Assembly (NCBI RefSeq): GCF_000142905.1
Contig: NW_013657670.1
Coordinates: 1 to 64,000 of the forward strand
Direction of reading: 5' to 3'
Source: Thecamonas trahens ATCC 50062
Lineage: Eukaryota; Protista; Apusomonadida
DNA: 64,000 nucleotides
The notes beneath the pieces were generated by a model. It was not told the origin of the DNA, searched no databases, and was given only the letters and a program-made list of their open reading frames with translations. The translations under genes were made by a program, and so were the position numbers. Positions 1-11,163 of the stretch are shown here, piece by piece. How positions within the stretch are numbered: the first letter of the stretch is position 1; every line of letters begins with the position of its first letter.

Positions 1-453
1 CTAACCCTAACCCTAACCCTAACCCTAACCCTAACCCTAACCCTAACCCTAACCCTAACCCTAACCCTAACCCTAACCCTAACCCTAACCCTAACCCTAA
101 CCCTAACCCTAACCCTAACCCTAACCCTAACCCTAACCCTAACCCTAACCCTAACCCTAACCCTAACCCTAACCCTAACCCTAACCCTAACCCTAACCCT
201 AACCCTAACCCTAACCCTAACCCTAACCCTAACCCTAACCCTAACCCTAACCCTAACCCTAACCCTAACCCTAACCCTAACCCTAACCCTAACCCTAACC
301 CTAACCCTAACCCTAACCCTAACCCTAACCCTAACCCTAACCCTAACCCTAACCCTAACCCTAACCCTAACCCTAACCCTAACCCTAACCCTAACCCTAA
401 CCCTAACCCTAACCCTAACCCTAACCCTAACCCTAACCCTAACCCTAACCCTA
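1..453. repeat. Telomeric repeat (CCCTAA)n, about 75 units; left chromosome end
   Basis: Perfect CCCTAA array from base 1, with degenerate CCCTAG units at the junction (448-472). Confidence 0.99.
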
Positions 454-1439
454 GCTGATGCCTCAACCCTAGCCACACTCCATTTCTCCCCACCGACCAC
501 CACCCACTCCACTTGCCACTCACTGGTCCCTTGGCACCCGTACTCATCCCATCCATGACCCACATCCACTTTCCCACCCACCCCACCATATTCATCCTCC
601 ACCCTACCGTGTGCATGGCTGTTCATGGGCCTGAATTGAGTCTTTGATGCTGATCGACAATCTCCATCCCCCATTGACACTTGCCCGTGTCACACGTTTG
701 GTCGGGTCGCATGTGCGGGTTGGTTGTGACATGAATGTCATTCAACATTTTCATGATTCGCCACTCGTCACTTGTTCGATTGTTTGACATTGAGTTGATT
801 GTCATTGATCATTGTCAATTGATCATTCGATTGTCTCTGCTTCTTTTGTTGTTGGCTGTCCATGTTCCTTGTTCTTAGCTGTTCATGTTTCGACATGCTT
901 TGTTGTTACTATTGCCTGCCCTCATGTTGTGCTCTGGCTGCTTTTGCCTTTTATGCTTGACCGTAATCGACATGCATTCTCATCGATCATTGCCTTTGCT
1001 CTTGTTGTTGCTTTGTATCATTATTCGTCATGCTTCAATTGTTCTTGATTCTCCTGTTTTCATCGACCTTGACTTCCACATCCACCATCGTTCTTGCTCA
1101 CTACACTATCGATTCTCAACTTTGTTGTCGTTTGTCGTGGTCATTAGTTGTGCATGCATTTTGTGTTGATTGACCCTGTTGTGTGGTGGTCATGGTTGAT
1201 CTGCAGATCTGATCGATCAACCGCGCCCTGCCTCATCGACCTGAACGTCACCCGAGTCCATCCCATTGCCTGCCAGCCATATCCAATTCCTATTGGCGTA
1301 CTCATACGTGTGCTGTGCAAGCTATGTATGATCATTGGTTGTTGTTGTGGACGTCATTGCCTCGTTTGATGCTGGTTCCGGCTTTTCTACAATTAATTCA
1401 ACGTTCAACTCAATTAACGTCCGCCGCCTTCCCTCTGCC

Positions 1440-3520
1440 GGCCAAGTACCCGCCGCCCCTATCGCCCACACTCCACACACATCCATCAGCCGTATCATAC
1501 TAACCTTCATCAATGCTGAAGCCCAATCTCCATACCTACTACCATTTCGCCCGTCACGACCCCACGTCACGACCCCTCTCATCCCCCCGTACCATTCTCA
1601 TTACCACCCGTCACCACCAACCACCACCCGCACCCCCTACTTCACCACAATCACTATCATTCCAGCCACAATCACAACCACCTTGCCTTGGCCATCCTCA
1701 CCACCATCCCATCGCGCACTCGGCTTCCTCTTCCTCCTCCTCCTCCTCCTCTTCCCGCTCCAGCTCACCCCCATCCTCTTCCTGACACCCATACCCCTCA
1801 ACCATCACATGTCATCTTTCTGCCTATTCACCAACCAACAGCAATCTCGAGCCATCCAGCCTCGACCCTCTGCTGCCCCTGCCTCGCCGACCACCAGCCG
1901 CCAGCCGCCGCCCGCTCGCCCGATCAGGCCCACCTTCATCACCACCTAGCTCCCACCCACCATCAGCTACGCAACCCGCGTTCACGCTCAAGGTCATCAC
2001 CCGCCGCATACTATTACCAGTACAAATATCGCTGTCGTCCATACCCATCGACCTCGGCTCATTTCCGCGTCGACTTGTTTGCCTAGGTGGTTGAGCACGT
2101 CCTCGACCGCCCGACCCCGCACATGCCCCCCACCAACCTCATTGCAAGATATGGCCAATCTGATTGCACTACTACTCTACTACATGCCCACACTACCCCC
2201 TTGCACAGTCTCCAATCCACAACTGCCGTATTCCGGAATCCGAGTTCTGCCACCTGAGGCCCAAGTTGTTGTCCTGGTGTCGTTTCGATGTTGCTGACCC
2301 CCCTCCCCGGGCCCATCTCCGACCCCCACTCCCCAACCTGTCCACCCACAACCATCACACCCACACCACACGTACTCACCACCCCTGCAAACATAGCCAC
2401 CCACTCCCTGCCCGCCAATATTCACATCAGCCGACGCCAACCCGTCAACAGCATCGCTGCCGACCGCCTGCTGCTCGCCGCCGACCGCCGCCCGCCGCCG
2501 ACCGACCATCGCCGGCACCACCGAGAGCAAGCTCGCCATCGACAGGGCATTGGAGACGATGCATGGAGATAGCCAGATCATTAGCAAAGACTACCAGTGC
2601 GCCCTCCAACCCAATCCTCCCCTCCCTCCTCCGGCCTCGCATCACAGCCCTCGCCGTCCTGGTTCGCCACCCGCCCCTGCTGCCGATCATCGAGCCAGAC
2701 GACAAAGCCACCGGGCTGGCCAAGACAAGGAAGAACAAGAGAGGGCAAGTGCAAGCGATAGGCAATGCAGTGGCGGGCTAGAGTGCAGTGGTCTGCCTCC
2801 TCGTCCAATCCCAAGCCATCGTCTCCATCGACGTCCATCTCAATCCAATCCGTCCGCCCTCCTCGCCCCTTGCCGCCCAAACCCCTCCACCGTCATCACC
2901 CACACGTCACACACAGCCATCAGCCGTATCATACCCACCCACATCAATCCGCAAACCCAATCGCCATACCCAGCACCCCTCCGCCGCCACGCCACCGACG
3001 TCACGACCCCCCTCATCCCCCCTACCATTCTCATTACGTCCGATCACCCCCAACCACCACCCGCACCCCCTACTCCACCACCATCACTATCATATTAGTC
3101 ACAACCACCACCCACATGCGTTGGCCATACCCACCACCATCCCATCGCACACTCGCTTCCTCTTCCTCCTCCTCCTCCTCTCCTAGCTCCATCACATCCC
3201 CTTCCTCACCCCCGACCCCGACACGCATATCCCTCAACCATCACATTCCATACTGCCCAGTCACGAATCAACAGCAATCGCAAGCCACCCAGCCCCGATC
3301 CCGCCCCCTCAGCTGCCCCCACCTTGCCGACCACCAGCCGCCCAGCTATCGCCCGCTCGCCCGATCAGCCCACGTTCATCACCACCTAGCTCCCACCCAC
3401 TACCAGCTACGAAACCCGCGACTACATTCACGGCCATCACTCACCTCGCACCACCGTCAGTACCACCATCGCCACCATCCACTCCCCATCGTCTTCGGCT
3501 CATCCCACGCAACGACTTGT
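1440..3520. repeat. Subtelomeric diverged direct duplication (~1440-2080 vs ~2875-3520, offset ~1435-1440 bp)
   Basis: Co-linear shared blocks, e.g. CATCAGCCGTATCATAC (1484/2919), GCCGACCACCAGCCGCC (~1886/3326), TTCATCACCACCTAGCTCCCACCCAC (~1935/3375), CGACTTGTT (~2071/3513). Confidence 0.85.
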
Positions 3521-3975
3521 TGACCCCGTCTCCCGTCATCGCGGCTTACCGCTCGCTCCCCGAGCTCATCCTCGCCCTCCATGGCCCATTATCGCGACCA
3601 CACACATGCGCAGTCCCTGCAAACATGAACATCCACTGGTCTCGTGCGCATACACGCCTCATCTTATGCTATCGCCGTCACCACCTCCACCCGTAATCTC
3701 CCTCTGTCTTCACTGAAACATACCAAGGGAAACAACAAGAGTGGAGAGTTCTGTTGATTGCTGTGTCGGCCATGTCGACTATCATACCCTTGCCTTGTCA
3801 ACCTACTCATCTCCCTCTCGTTCCCTATCTTCTCAAATCCGCGGCCTGGCCATCCGGTGGCCGCCCACCTGTCGCTCAAGCCCACACGGCTGTCAAGCCT
3901 CTCCAGTCCATTCTCGACCACTACTACGCCCGCTCTAGCAGAGCGCGCGTGTGGCAAGGTATAGCTACTCGAGCT

Positions 3976-6900
3976 TTAGGTTGATGGGCCTGCAGGGTTG
4001 ACCATCTCGGCCACCAGGTTGGCCGCGCGATTAGCAACATCGGCTAATGCGCGGGACGGCGAGGTGGTGTGCCAGTTGTGGGTTTCGGCGCCGTAGTTTT
4101 CCAGGGCGTAGACGGTGGCAACATGATCGGCCTTGCGGGCGGGCGTGAGCTCGGGGTGGCGCCAGAGTCCGTACTGCTCTGCATGGTCGGGCGATAAGAA
4201 CGAAGCGTCCATGATCCTGAGCACGAGGTGCTGCGGGTCGGCCGTATCGACGTCAGCGGCGTGACGGAGCGTATTGGGCGAGATGTCGCTACAGATAAAG
4301 ACTGGAAGTAGCTTACAACGGCCTGCATCGGCTTCAGCGAGGGCAGCTTTGGCCTCTGCGATGGCCCAATGTGTGACCATCATGTGCTTGGATACCAGGA
4401 CGATGACGACACGCGAGGCGCGGACATGATCAGCAAGATCATCGGGGTACTCGCAGCGCTCACCGTCAAGCGACTTACTGTCGAGGAAGACGCAGAGTCC
4501 GCGGGCGGTGAGGTCGTCGTAAAGATCGAGGGCGGCGCCCTTGTCACCGCCGCCATGGCAAATGAACACGTCCCAACGCTTGAGGCTATGCTTTTGCTCC
4601 TCAGCTTCGATGATCTCGAGCTTGTCGACCACCGCCGTCATTCCCGGTCGTTGCGCGGGGCTAGCACTCCAGCACTTGCGAGCAAGCGCAACGTACACCT
4701 CCGATGCTCCCATGGAAGGCTCAAACTCTGGCCGTATCTCATCTTGCAACACCGCTTGCCGGATGCCCCGCTCATCGAGACCAGTACCCTTGTATGGGTA
4801 CGATCCCGCGGCCAGCTCCCACATCACAACACCAAACGAGAACACATCTGCTTCCTTCCCGTACGTGTTCTCCTTGCCTGATACCATCACTTCCGGCGCC
4901 ATCCAGCGGAACGTGCCTGCATTGGTCGTTGCCACGCCATTGCCCTTGAGCTTTGCCAGTCCAAAGTCCGCTACCTTCAGACGCATCCGTCCGCTCGCTC
5001 CGCTTAGGAGTAAGTTCGGTGACTTCATGTCGCCATGCACTACGCCTTTGCTGTGCAGATACGCCAGTCCGCGTGCAGCATCCAATGCAAGGGCTGCGGC
5101 GACCTGGGGAGGAAAACGGCCGTACCGCTCGTGGTAGTCGAAGAGCGAGCCGCGCTCCATCAGCTCAAACACAAGCGCAGGTCGCGGTCCGCTGTGATTT
5201 GTCGCAGGCATCATCGACAGCCCGAGAAACTGCACAATGTTCGGATCACGCAGCTTACCCAGCAGGACCGCTTCGTCTTTCAGTGAATGTTGCAGTGCTG
5301 ATACATCCGCCTCGGGCGCTAGCTCCTGCGTGAACAGCACCTTGACCGCCACTGGTGTCTTGGCCCGCAGGCCACGGAAGACGCGTGCGTGCGCACCATG
5401 GCCGAGCTCGTCCTCCTTGAACACCTCCAAGTCATGCATGGCAACACGCTCGTGGCTCGATGGCGCAGCAGTGGTGGGCATGTTGTTGGACTCCAGACCT
5501 GGCTGGGTGTTGGAGTACACGTAGAGCCAGGGTTCCGGTTTCGGTGGAGTGGGTGTGTCGAGGAGGAACAGCGCAACGTCGTTGCCACGCAGTGCGGCAT
5601 GCAACGGCGTCTCGCCTCCATTGTTTTCCTGATGGATTCGAGCCCTTCCCTGCGTCACCAACACTCGCGAGATATCGACATGGCCGTGAGCTGCTGCGAC
5701 GTGGAGCGCTGTGTTCCCGTTAGAATCAACCGTGTTGGCAGCAGCGCCGAATCGGAGCAGGTGGACGACTACTTCGGTGAGGCCGGCAGCAGTTGCATGC
5801 ATCAGTACTGTTTGGCCATCGTGAAACGATTCAAGTGGTGCTCCCGCGGCAATGAGGGTGCTAAGAAGATCCAAATCAGCCTTGAGGGTGGCGCCGAGAA
5901 GAGGAGCATGACCATCAACGGTGGCGGTCTGGACGGCGCGAAGGAAGTTGATGATGCGGGTGTAACCACGCATACTAGTGACGTCCAGTGGCTGAGCATC
6001 GACAAAAGCCCGTAGAGCTTGTGTACGTGTGGGGATGACCTTGGCACCACCTGCAGCCACAAGACAAATGACTACCTCCAGGTGGTTGTGTTGCGCAGCG
6101 ACGTACAACGGCGTGCCTCCGTTGTTTTTGGCCTTGTCGACTGCTGCCCTGCCTCCGTTCACCAGCCATCGCACCATATCCAGTTGACCCTTCGCGGCAG
6201 CGACATACAGCGGCGTGGCTCCGTTCTTCAAAGCCATGTCGACCGCCGCCCTGCCCTCGTACACCAGCCATTGCACTGCATCCAGACAACCCATCTCGGC
6301 AGCCATGTACAGCGGCGTGACTCCGTTGGTCAAGGTCGTGTTGACCGCCGCCTTTCCCTCGCCCACCAGCCACTCCGCAACATCCAGGTGACCGTTATGC
6401 GCAGCAATGTACAGCGGTGTGGCTCCGTTGTTCAAGTCCTTGTCGACCGCCGCCTTGCCCTCGCCCACCAGCCACTTCACAACATCCAGGTGACGGTTAT
6501 GCGCAGCGATGTACAGCGGTGTGGCTCCGTTGTTGCTAGCCTTGTCGACCTCCGCCTCGCCCTCGCTCACCAGCCACTTAACCACATCCAGATGACCGCT
6601 TCGCGCAGCTATGTACAGTGGCGTGACTCCGTTGGTCAAGGTCATGTTGACATCCGCCTTGCCCTCGCCCACCAGCCACTTCACAACATCCAGGTGACCG
6701 TTATGCGCAGCAATAAACAGCGGTGTGGCTCCGCTGTTGCTAGCCTTGTCGACCTCCGCCTCGCCCTTGCTCACCAGCCATCGCACCACATCCAGATGAC
6801 CCATCTCGGCAGCCATGTACAGCGGCGTGGCTCCGTTGTTGTCGGCCTTGCCGACATCCGCCCTGCCCTCGCCCGCCAGCCACTGAACCACTTCCAGGTG

Positions 6901-8190
6901 CCCGCTATGCGCAGCAAAAGACAACGGTGTGACTCCGTCGTCGTCGGTCTCGTCGACTGCCACCTCGGACTTCTTCACCAGCCACTGTACCAAGCCTAGG
7001 TAACCCTGCTTCGCAGCGCTGAGCAAGCACGTGGCTCCGCTGTCCTCGTCTTGGTCAACCTCCATCCCGTATGCGCTCACCAGCCACTGCACCACATCCA
7101 GGTGGCCTTTCTCCGCAGCAACGTACAGTGGTGTCCATCCGTTGTTGTTGGCTTTGTCAACCTCCGCCCGGCCCTTGCTCACCAGCCATCGCACCACATA
7201 CAGATGACCCATCTCGGCAGCCATGTACAGCGGCGTGGCTCCGTTGTTGTCGGCCTTGCCGACATCCGCCCTGCCCTCGCCCGCCAGCCACTGAACCACT
7301 TCCAGGTGCCCGCTATGCGCAGCAATAGACAACGGTGTGACTCCGTCGTCGTCGGTCTCGTCGACTGCCACCTCGGACTTCTTCACCAGCCACTGTACCA
7401 AGCCTAGGCAACCCTTCTTTGCAGCGTTGAGCAAGCACGTGGCTCCGCTGTTCTTGACTTGGTCAACCTCCGTCCCGTATGCGCTCACCAGCCACTCAAC
7501 CACATCCTTGTGGCCTTTCTGCGCAGCAATGTACAGCGGTGTGGCTCCGCTGTAGCTAGCCTTGTCGACCTCCGCCCCGCCCTCGCTCACCAGCCACTTA
7601 ACCACATCCAGATGACCGCTTCGCGCAGCTATGTACAGTGGCGTGGCTCCGTTGTTCAGGGCCTTGTCGACCGCCGCCTTGCCCTTGCCCACCAGCCACT
7701 CAACCACATCCTTGTGGCCTTTCTGCGCAGCGATGTACAGCGGTGTCCATCCCTTGTTGTTGGCTTTGTCGACATCCGCCCTACCCTCGTTCACCAGCCA
7801 CTCAACCACATCCTTGTGGCCTTTCTGCGCAGCAATGCACAGCGGTGTCCATCCCTTGTTGTTGGCTTTGTCGACATCCGCCCCACCCTTGCTCACCAGC
7901 CACTGCATCACATCCAGGTGTCCACCCCAGGCAGCAGCCATCGCCGCCGTCCACCCGTCCGTCCGCCCATCCTCCACCCCCACCACCGCACTCCCCACTA
8001 GCCACTGCACCACATTCTTCCGCCCCATCCGCGCCGCGCCCGTCAGAGCCGTGTCCTGGTACACAACCCGGTCATTGACCCCGGACACCACTTGATCCTT
8101 CACCGCCACGCCACCCTCCACCAGCTCCTGTACCCTCTCCAGGTCTCCCGCGCGGGCCGCACGCACAAGCTCCTGCACCCCGCCGCTCAT
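3976..8190 (-). CDS. Ankyrin repeat (~25) + TKL-type protein kinase + C-terminal TIR domain protein, 1404 aa
   Basis: 34-aa TPLxxAAxxGHLxVVxWLV repeats; kinase motifs GHGAHARV, VAVK, HGDMKSPN, DFG, WMAPE; TIR motifs WDVFICH..DK, GLCVFLD, SRVVIVLVS, WAIAE. Confidence 0.93.
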   Translation of the reverse strand: MSGGVQELVRAARAGDLERVQELVEGGVAVKDQVVSGVNDRVVYQDTALTGAARMGRKNVVQWLVGSAVVGVEDGRTDGWTAAMAAAWGGHLDVMQWLVSKGGADVDKANNKGWTPLCIAAQKGHKDVVEWLVNEGRADVDKANNKGWTPLYIAAQKGHKDVVEWLVGKGKAAVDKALNNGATPLYIAARSGHLDVVKWLVSEGGAEVDKASYSGATPLYIAAQKGHKDVVEWLVSAYGTEVDQVKNSGATCLLNAAKKGCLGLVQWLVKKSEVAVDETDDDGVTPLSIAAHSGHLEVVQWLAGEGRADVGKADNNGATPLYMAAEMGHLYVVRWLVSKGRAEVDKANNNGWTPLYVAAEKGHLDVVQWLVSAYGMEVDQDEDSGATCLLSAAKQGYLGLVQWLVKKSEVAVDETDDDGVTPLSFAAHSGHLEVVQWLAGEGRADVGKADNNGATPLYMAAEMGHLDVVRWLVSKGEAEVDKASNSGATPLFIAAHNGHLDVVKWLVGEGKADVNMTLTNGVTPLYIAARSGHLDVVKWLVSEGEAEVDKASNNGATPLYIAAHNRHLDVVKWLVGEGKAAVDKDLNNGATPLYIAAHNGHLDVAEWLVGEGKAAVNTTLTNGVTPLYMAAEMGCLDAVQWLVYEGRAAVDMALKNGATPLYVAAAKGQLDMVRWLVNGGRAAVDKAKNNGGTPLYVAAQHNHLEVVICLVAAGGAKVIPTRTQALRAFVDAQPLDVTSMRGYTRIINFLRAVQTATVDGHAPLLGATLKADLDLLSTLIAAGAPLESFHDGQTVLMHATAAGLTEVVVHLLRFGAAANTVDSNGNTALHVAAAHGHVDISRVLVTQGRARIHQENNGGETPLHAALRGNDVALFLLDTPTPPKPEPWLYVYSNTQPGLESNNMPTTAAPSSHERVAMHDLEVFKEDELGHGAHARVFRGLRAKTPVAVKVLFTQELAPEADVSALQHSLKDEAVLLGKLRDPNIVQFLGLSMMPATNHSGPRPALVFELMERGSLFDYHERYGRFPPQVAAALALDAARGLAYLHSKGVVHGDMKSPNLLLSGASGRMRLKVADFGLAKLKGNGVATTNAGTFRWMAPEVMVSGKENTYGKEADVFSFGVVMWELAAGSYPYKGTGLDERGIRQAVLQDEIRPEFEPSMGASEVYVALARKCWSASPAQRPGMTAVVDKLEIIEAEEQKHSLKRWDVFICHGGGDKGAALDLYDDLTARGLCVFLDSKSLDGERCEYPDDLADHVRASRVVIVLVSKHMMVTHWAIAEAKAALAEADAGRCKLLPVFICSDISPNTLRHAADVDTADPQHLVLRIMDASFLSPDHAEQYGLWRHPELTPARKADHVATVYALENYGAETHNWHTTSPSRALADVANRAANLVAEMVNPAGPST

Positions 8191-8879
8191 GTCGTCGGTC
8201 GCAATAGTGAACTTGTAGACTGCTTTGTTCTCCCTCCTCGGCTGTGCTCTTGAGAAAGGTGTACCCGCTCCCCCGCCTTTCCCCTTTTTTGTTGACCTAC
8301 GCTGTCACACTCATGCGGACGGAAGTCACACAGGAAGAAGTGTGCCGGCCTGCTCTGCTGCCAACTCGCGCTGGAAGCAGCAGCCGCAACACAGATGATA
8401 TTCACACCACAACTACCACGTCTTCCTCGATAGCCTTGACTATCGCTATCTGCTGCCAACCCAGCATCCGAGTGGTCGTCGTCGTCATCGCCATCGCCAT
8501 CGTCCCCTCCTCCACCCGACGGCTGTGCGACAACGCCATCGTCGCCGTGAGCATCTACCTCTGTCCTCGCCTCTTCCGCTTCGTGGGCTCTGCCCCGTAC
8601 ACTACGGTACAGATCTTGATACCTGCCGATGCATGACGAAACCGTATTGGCTGCGATTGGTCTGGTGCCTGGCCGATCCCCTCCAGCAAAGCGATAGGCT
8701 GCGAGGCTGCGATCTGGGCTCGCGGTGCGCGGACAAGCTTCGTCCACGCATTTAATATCTACATCGCCAAGCCCTCCCCTCCCCGCACCGCCGCCTCTGA
8801 TCACGGTGTGCCAATGTCCGCCATTAACGCAAATTGAGCGCTTCTACCCCGAGCATGTGGTGCACAGGTGTGATGGTGG

Positions 8880-9563
8880 TCAGCCTTCATTTCGCCCGTT
8901 GCGCTCCGTGTCGGCGCTCTGTGTCTGTGCCCGCACAAACGCATCGAACTCTTCCCGGCTTCTGATCCCAGCCTCCCGCAGATCAGCGACGGTGGCCAGG
9001 CCCAGATCATCGAGCGCCTGAAACGAGCTCAAGCCCAAGTCGCGCATCGACGCGTTTGTGTGGCCAAAGGCCCCGCCCACCACATAGTACGCCGGCTCGT
9101 CGTCGCCCAGCGCCACATCGTCGGCCGAGCCGACCTCTACAAACGCTGACCGCAGCGCAGCCACAATCGATCCAATCGTCCGTGGCTTTGATGGATCGTG
9201 GGCGATGAGCGTACCGAGCGCGTTCGCCTGCTCCAGCAGCACGTCGAGCTTCTCGCCCTCTACAGCAATCTCCAGGTGCTTGTACCGTGCCAGCCGCACG
9301 AGCGCTGGCCGCAGTCCCGACTGAATCGCCGAATACTCGGCAATTGCCTCCTCCCACTGCTCCTTGCCCACGGCCTTGAACTGCGGAAGCTGCAGCAGCT
9401 GCTTGTCGAGCTGTTCCTGGTGTTCCGCCACAACTCGCAGCGCCTTCTGCAACTGATGCGCGCGACGAACAAGGCGCTCGAGCTCGTGCTCCAACGTCGC
9501 CACAGACTCGTGCAAGTCGCGCATCACCGCCTGCGCTACAAACGAGGTATGCCGTGCCGACAT
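8880..9563 (-). CDS. Hypothetical protein with N-terminal coiled coil, 227 aa
   Basis: ATG-initiated ORF with heptad-like LEHELERLVRRAHQLQKALR and coding-like composition; no family recognised. Confidence 0.55.
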   Translation of the reverse strand: MSARHTSFVAQAVMRDLHESVATLEHELERLVRRAHQLQKALRVVAEHQEQLDKQLLQLPQFKAVGKEQWEEAIAEYSAIQSGLRPALVRLARYKHLEIAVEGEKLDVLLEQANALGTLIAHDPSKPRTIGSIVAALRSAFVEVGSADDVALGDDEPAYYVVGGAFGHTNASMRDLGLSSFQALDDLGLATVADLREAGIRSREEFDAFVRAQTQSADTERNGRNEG

Positions 9564-9892
9564 GATGTCCCTCTACCCTCTCTGATCCGGGTCCTCGCTG
9601 CCTCAGGTGCGCGCGCCCAAACCGGGGCAGCCGGGAGTGAGTTGTTTGTCTCCGTTTTGACTCGTCCGCCTTGGAACACTTCTTCCATACCTTCGCCATC
9701 ACCACAGCACATCAACACCGATTTCTGCTCGCGTCGCTTGTATCGCCATACATGGCCATGCCGCGGCTCGTGACAAACAAATGGCCACCCCATCCCGCCC
9801 CCCGCCCGCCGCCCTCGCCCACCCCGGTTGCCGATCCCGCCCTCGCCCTCGCCCACACCACCCCTCTCACACACCCACCCTCCTAGCCTACC

Positions 9893-11130
9893 ATGGCCAG
9901 CTCACTAGATGAGTACGACATCTCCCAGGTCGAGGGTAACACACCGTTGTCGAATGCTCAACGAGGAGTACGCACTGCCCTGCTCCTCCCCACATCCCTG
10001 ACTTGCCCTCTCCTCGCCCGCCGACAGCACACTCACACGTTGCCGTCTCGCAGATGGTTGCCACTCTCTCCGAGTACTGCAAGGACAAGGGCATGGATTT
10101 TATGCTCGAGCGCCCCTCGGACGTGCGGCTTGTACTGGAGAACCATGCCTGCAATTGGGACCTTGAGCTGGCCAAGGAGCACGTTGAGAAGCTCGACGGG
10201 TGGAACGCTGACGTTGCGCCCGGCGACATCCTCCTCGACGACGTCGCTCCCGAGCTGGAGCAGAACAAGGTGTATTGGGCCGGAACCGATGTCCACGGCC
10301 ACCCCACTCTTTGGTTCCTCCTCCGCAACCACCGCCCCAATCCCGATGGTCCGGACCGCGACGTCCGCGCCGTCATCTTTATGCTGCACCAGGGCCTGCA
10401 ACGGATGCGGCTCCCGGTCGAGAAGTTTAACCTTGTCTTTGACCTCTCCAATGCCGCCCGTGCCAACCAAGACCTCACCTTTTTCAAGCGCGTCATCTCT
10501 GCTGTCGGCTCGGCCTGGCCGGGCCGGTCCTTTAAGATCTTCATCCTCTCGCCGGGCTTCTTCACCCGCATGATCTGGAACGTCGTCAAGCCGTTTCTCC
10601 CGGCCCGCACCCTCGAGCGCATCAAGTTTGTCAAGAACCCGGACCCGGCGCTCCAGCACTGGTTTGCGCCGGACCAGCTCCTTGCCCGCTATGGAGGCTC
10701 AGTAACGAATGTCTACGACTACACCACCGCCGCCGCCACAGACTTTCCCATCGGGCTCGACCTCTCCCCGCCGCCGGCATCGCCCAAGCTCGCAGCACGC
10801 GCACCAGCGCTCGCCGTCTCGCCGTCAAATGCCTCGACATGTCTCTCGGACTGGACCGACGACTCGTGTGAGCCGCAGTCCGAGTACGACGAGCCAAGCT
10901 CGTACTCGCCGTCGCCTCCGGCCGAGCACCGCCACAGCCCCACCGCGCACGACCTCGCCGTCTCGCGCCGCCTCGAGCGCCTTGCCCACGCTACTGACAA
11001 CTCGTCGCGGGCGCTTGATGAAGCCGAGACTGAGCTTGCCGCGGTCCGCAAACGCCTGGCCGACTTTGAGCGGACCCTCGACGAGCGCGAGTCCCGGGCG
11101 GCGGACGGTGGATGCTGCTCGCTCATGTGA
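9893..11130 (+). CDS. CRAL-TRIO (Sec14-like) lipid-binding protein with coiled coil and C-terminal CaaX; probable intron 9936-10027
   Basis: YWAGTDVHGHP, FNLVFDLSN, WPGRSFKIFIL, IWNVVKPFLPARTLERIKF, QLLARYGG; GTAACA donor, CTGAC branch, ACAG acceptor (phase 1); ends GCCSLM. Confidence 0.85.
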
Positions 11131-11163
11131 TGCTCGCACAACACTATGCCATGCCTGTTTTAC

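Noticed and set aside
454-3975. Telomere-targeted retrotransposon or Y'-like helicase
   Set aside because: No reverse transcriptase, endonuclease or helicase motifs in any frame.
623-3984. Many short Pro/His/Thr-rich ORFs in the subtelomere
   Set aside because: They arise from C-rich low-complexity and duplicated DNA; no domains or coding-like codon bias.
8187-8804. 205-aa ORF upstream of the ankyrin-kinase-TIR gene
   Set aside because: Non-ATG start, low complexity, no recognisable domain and no clear splice link.
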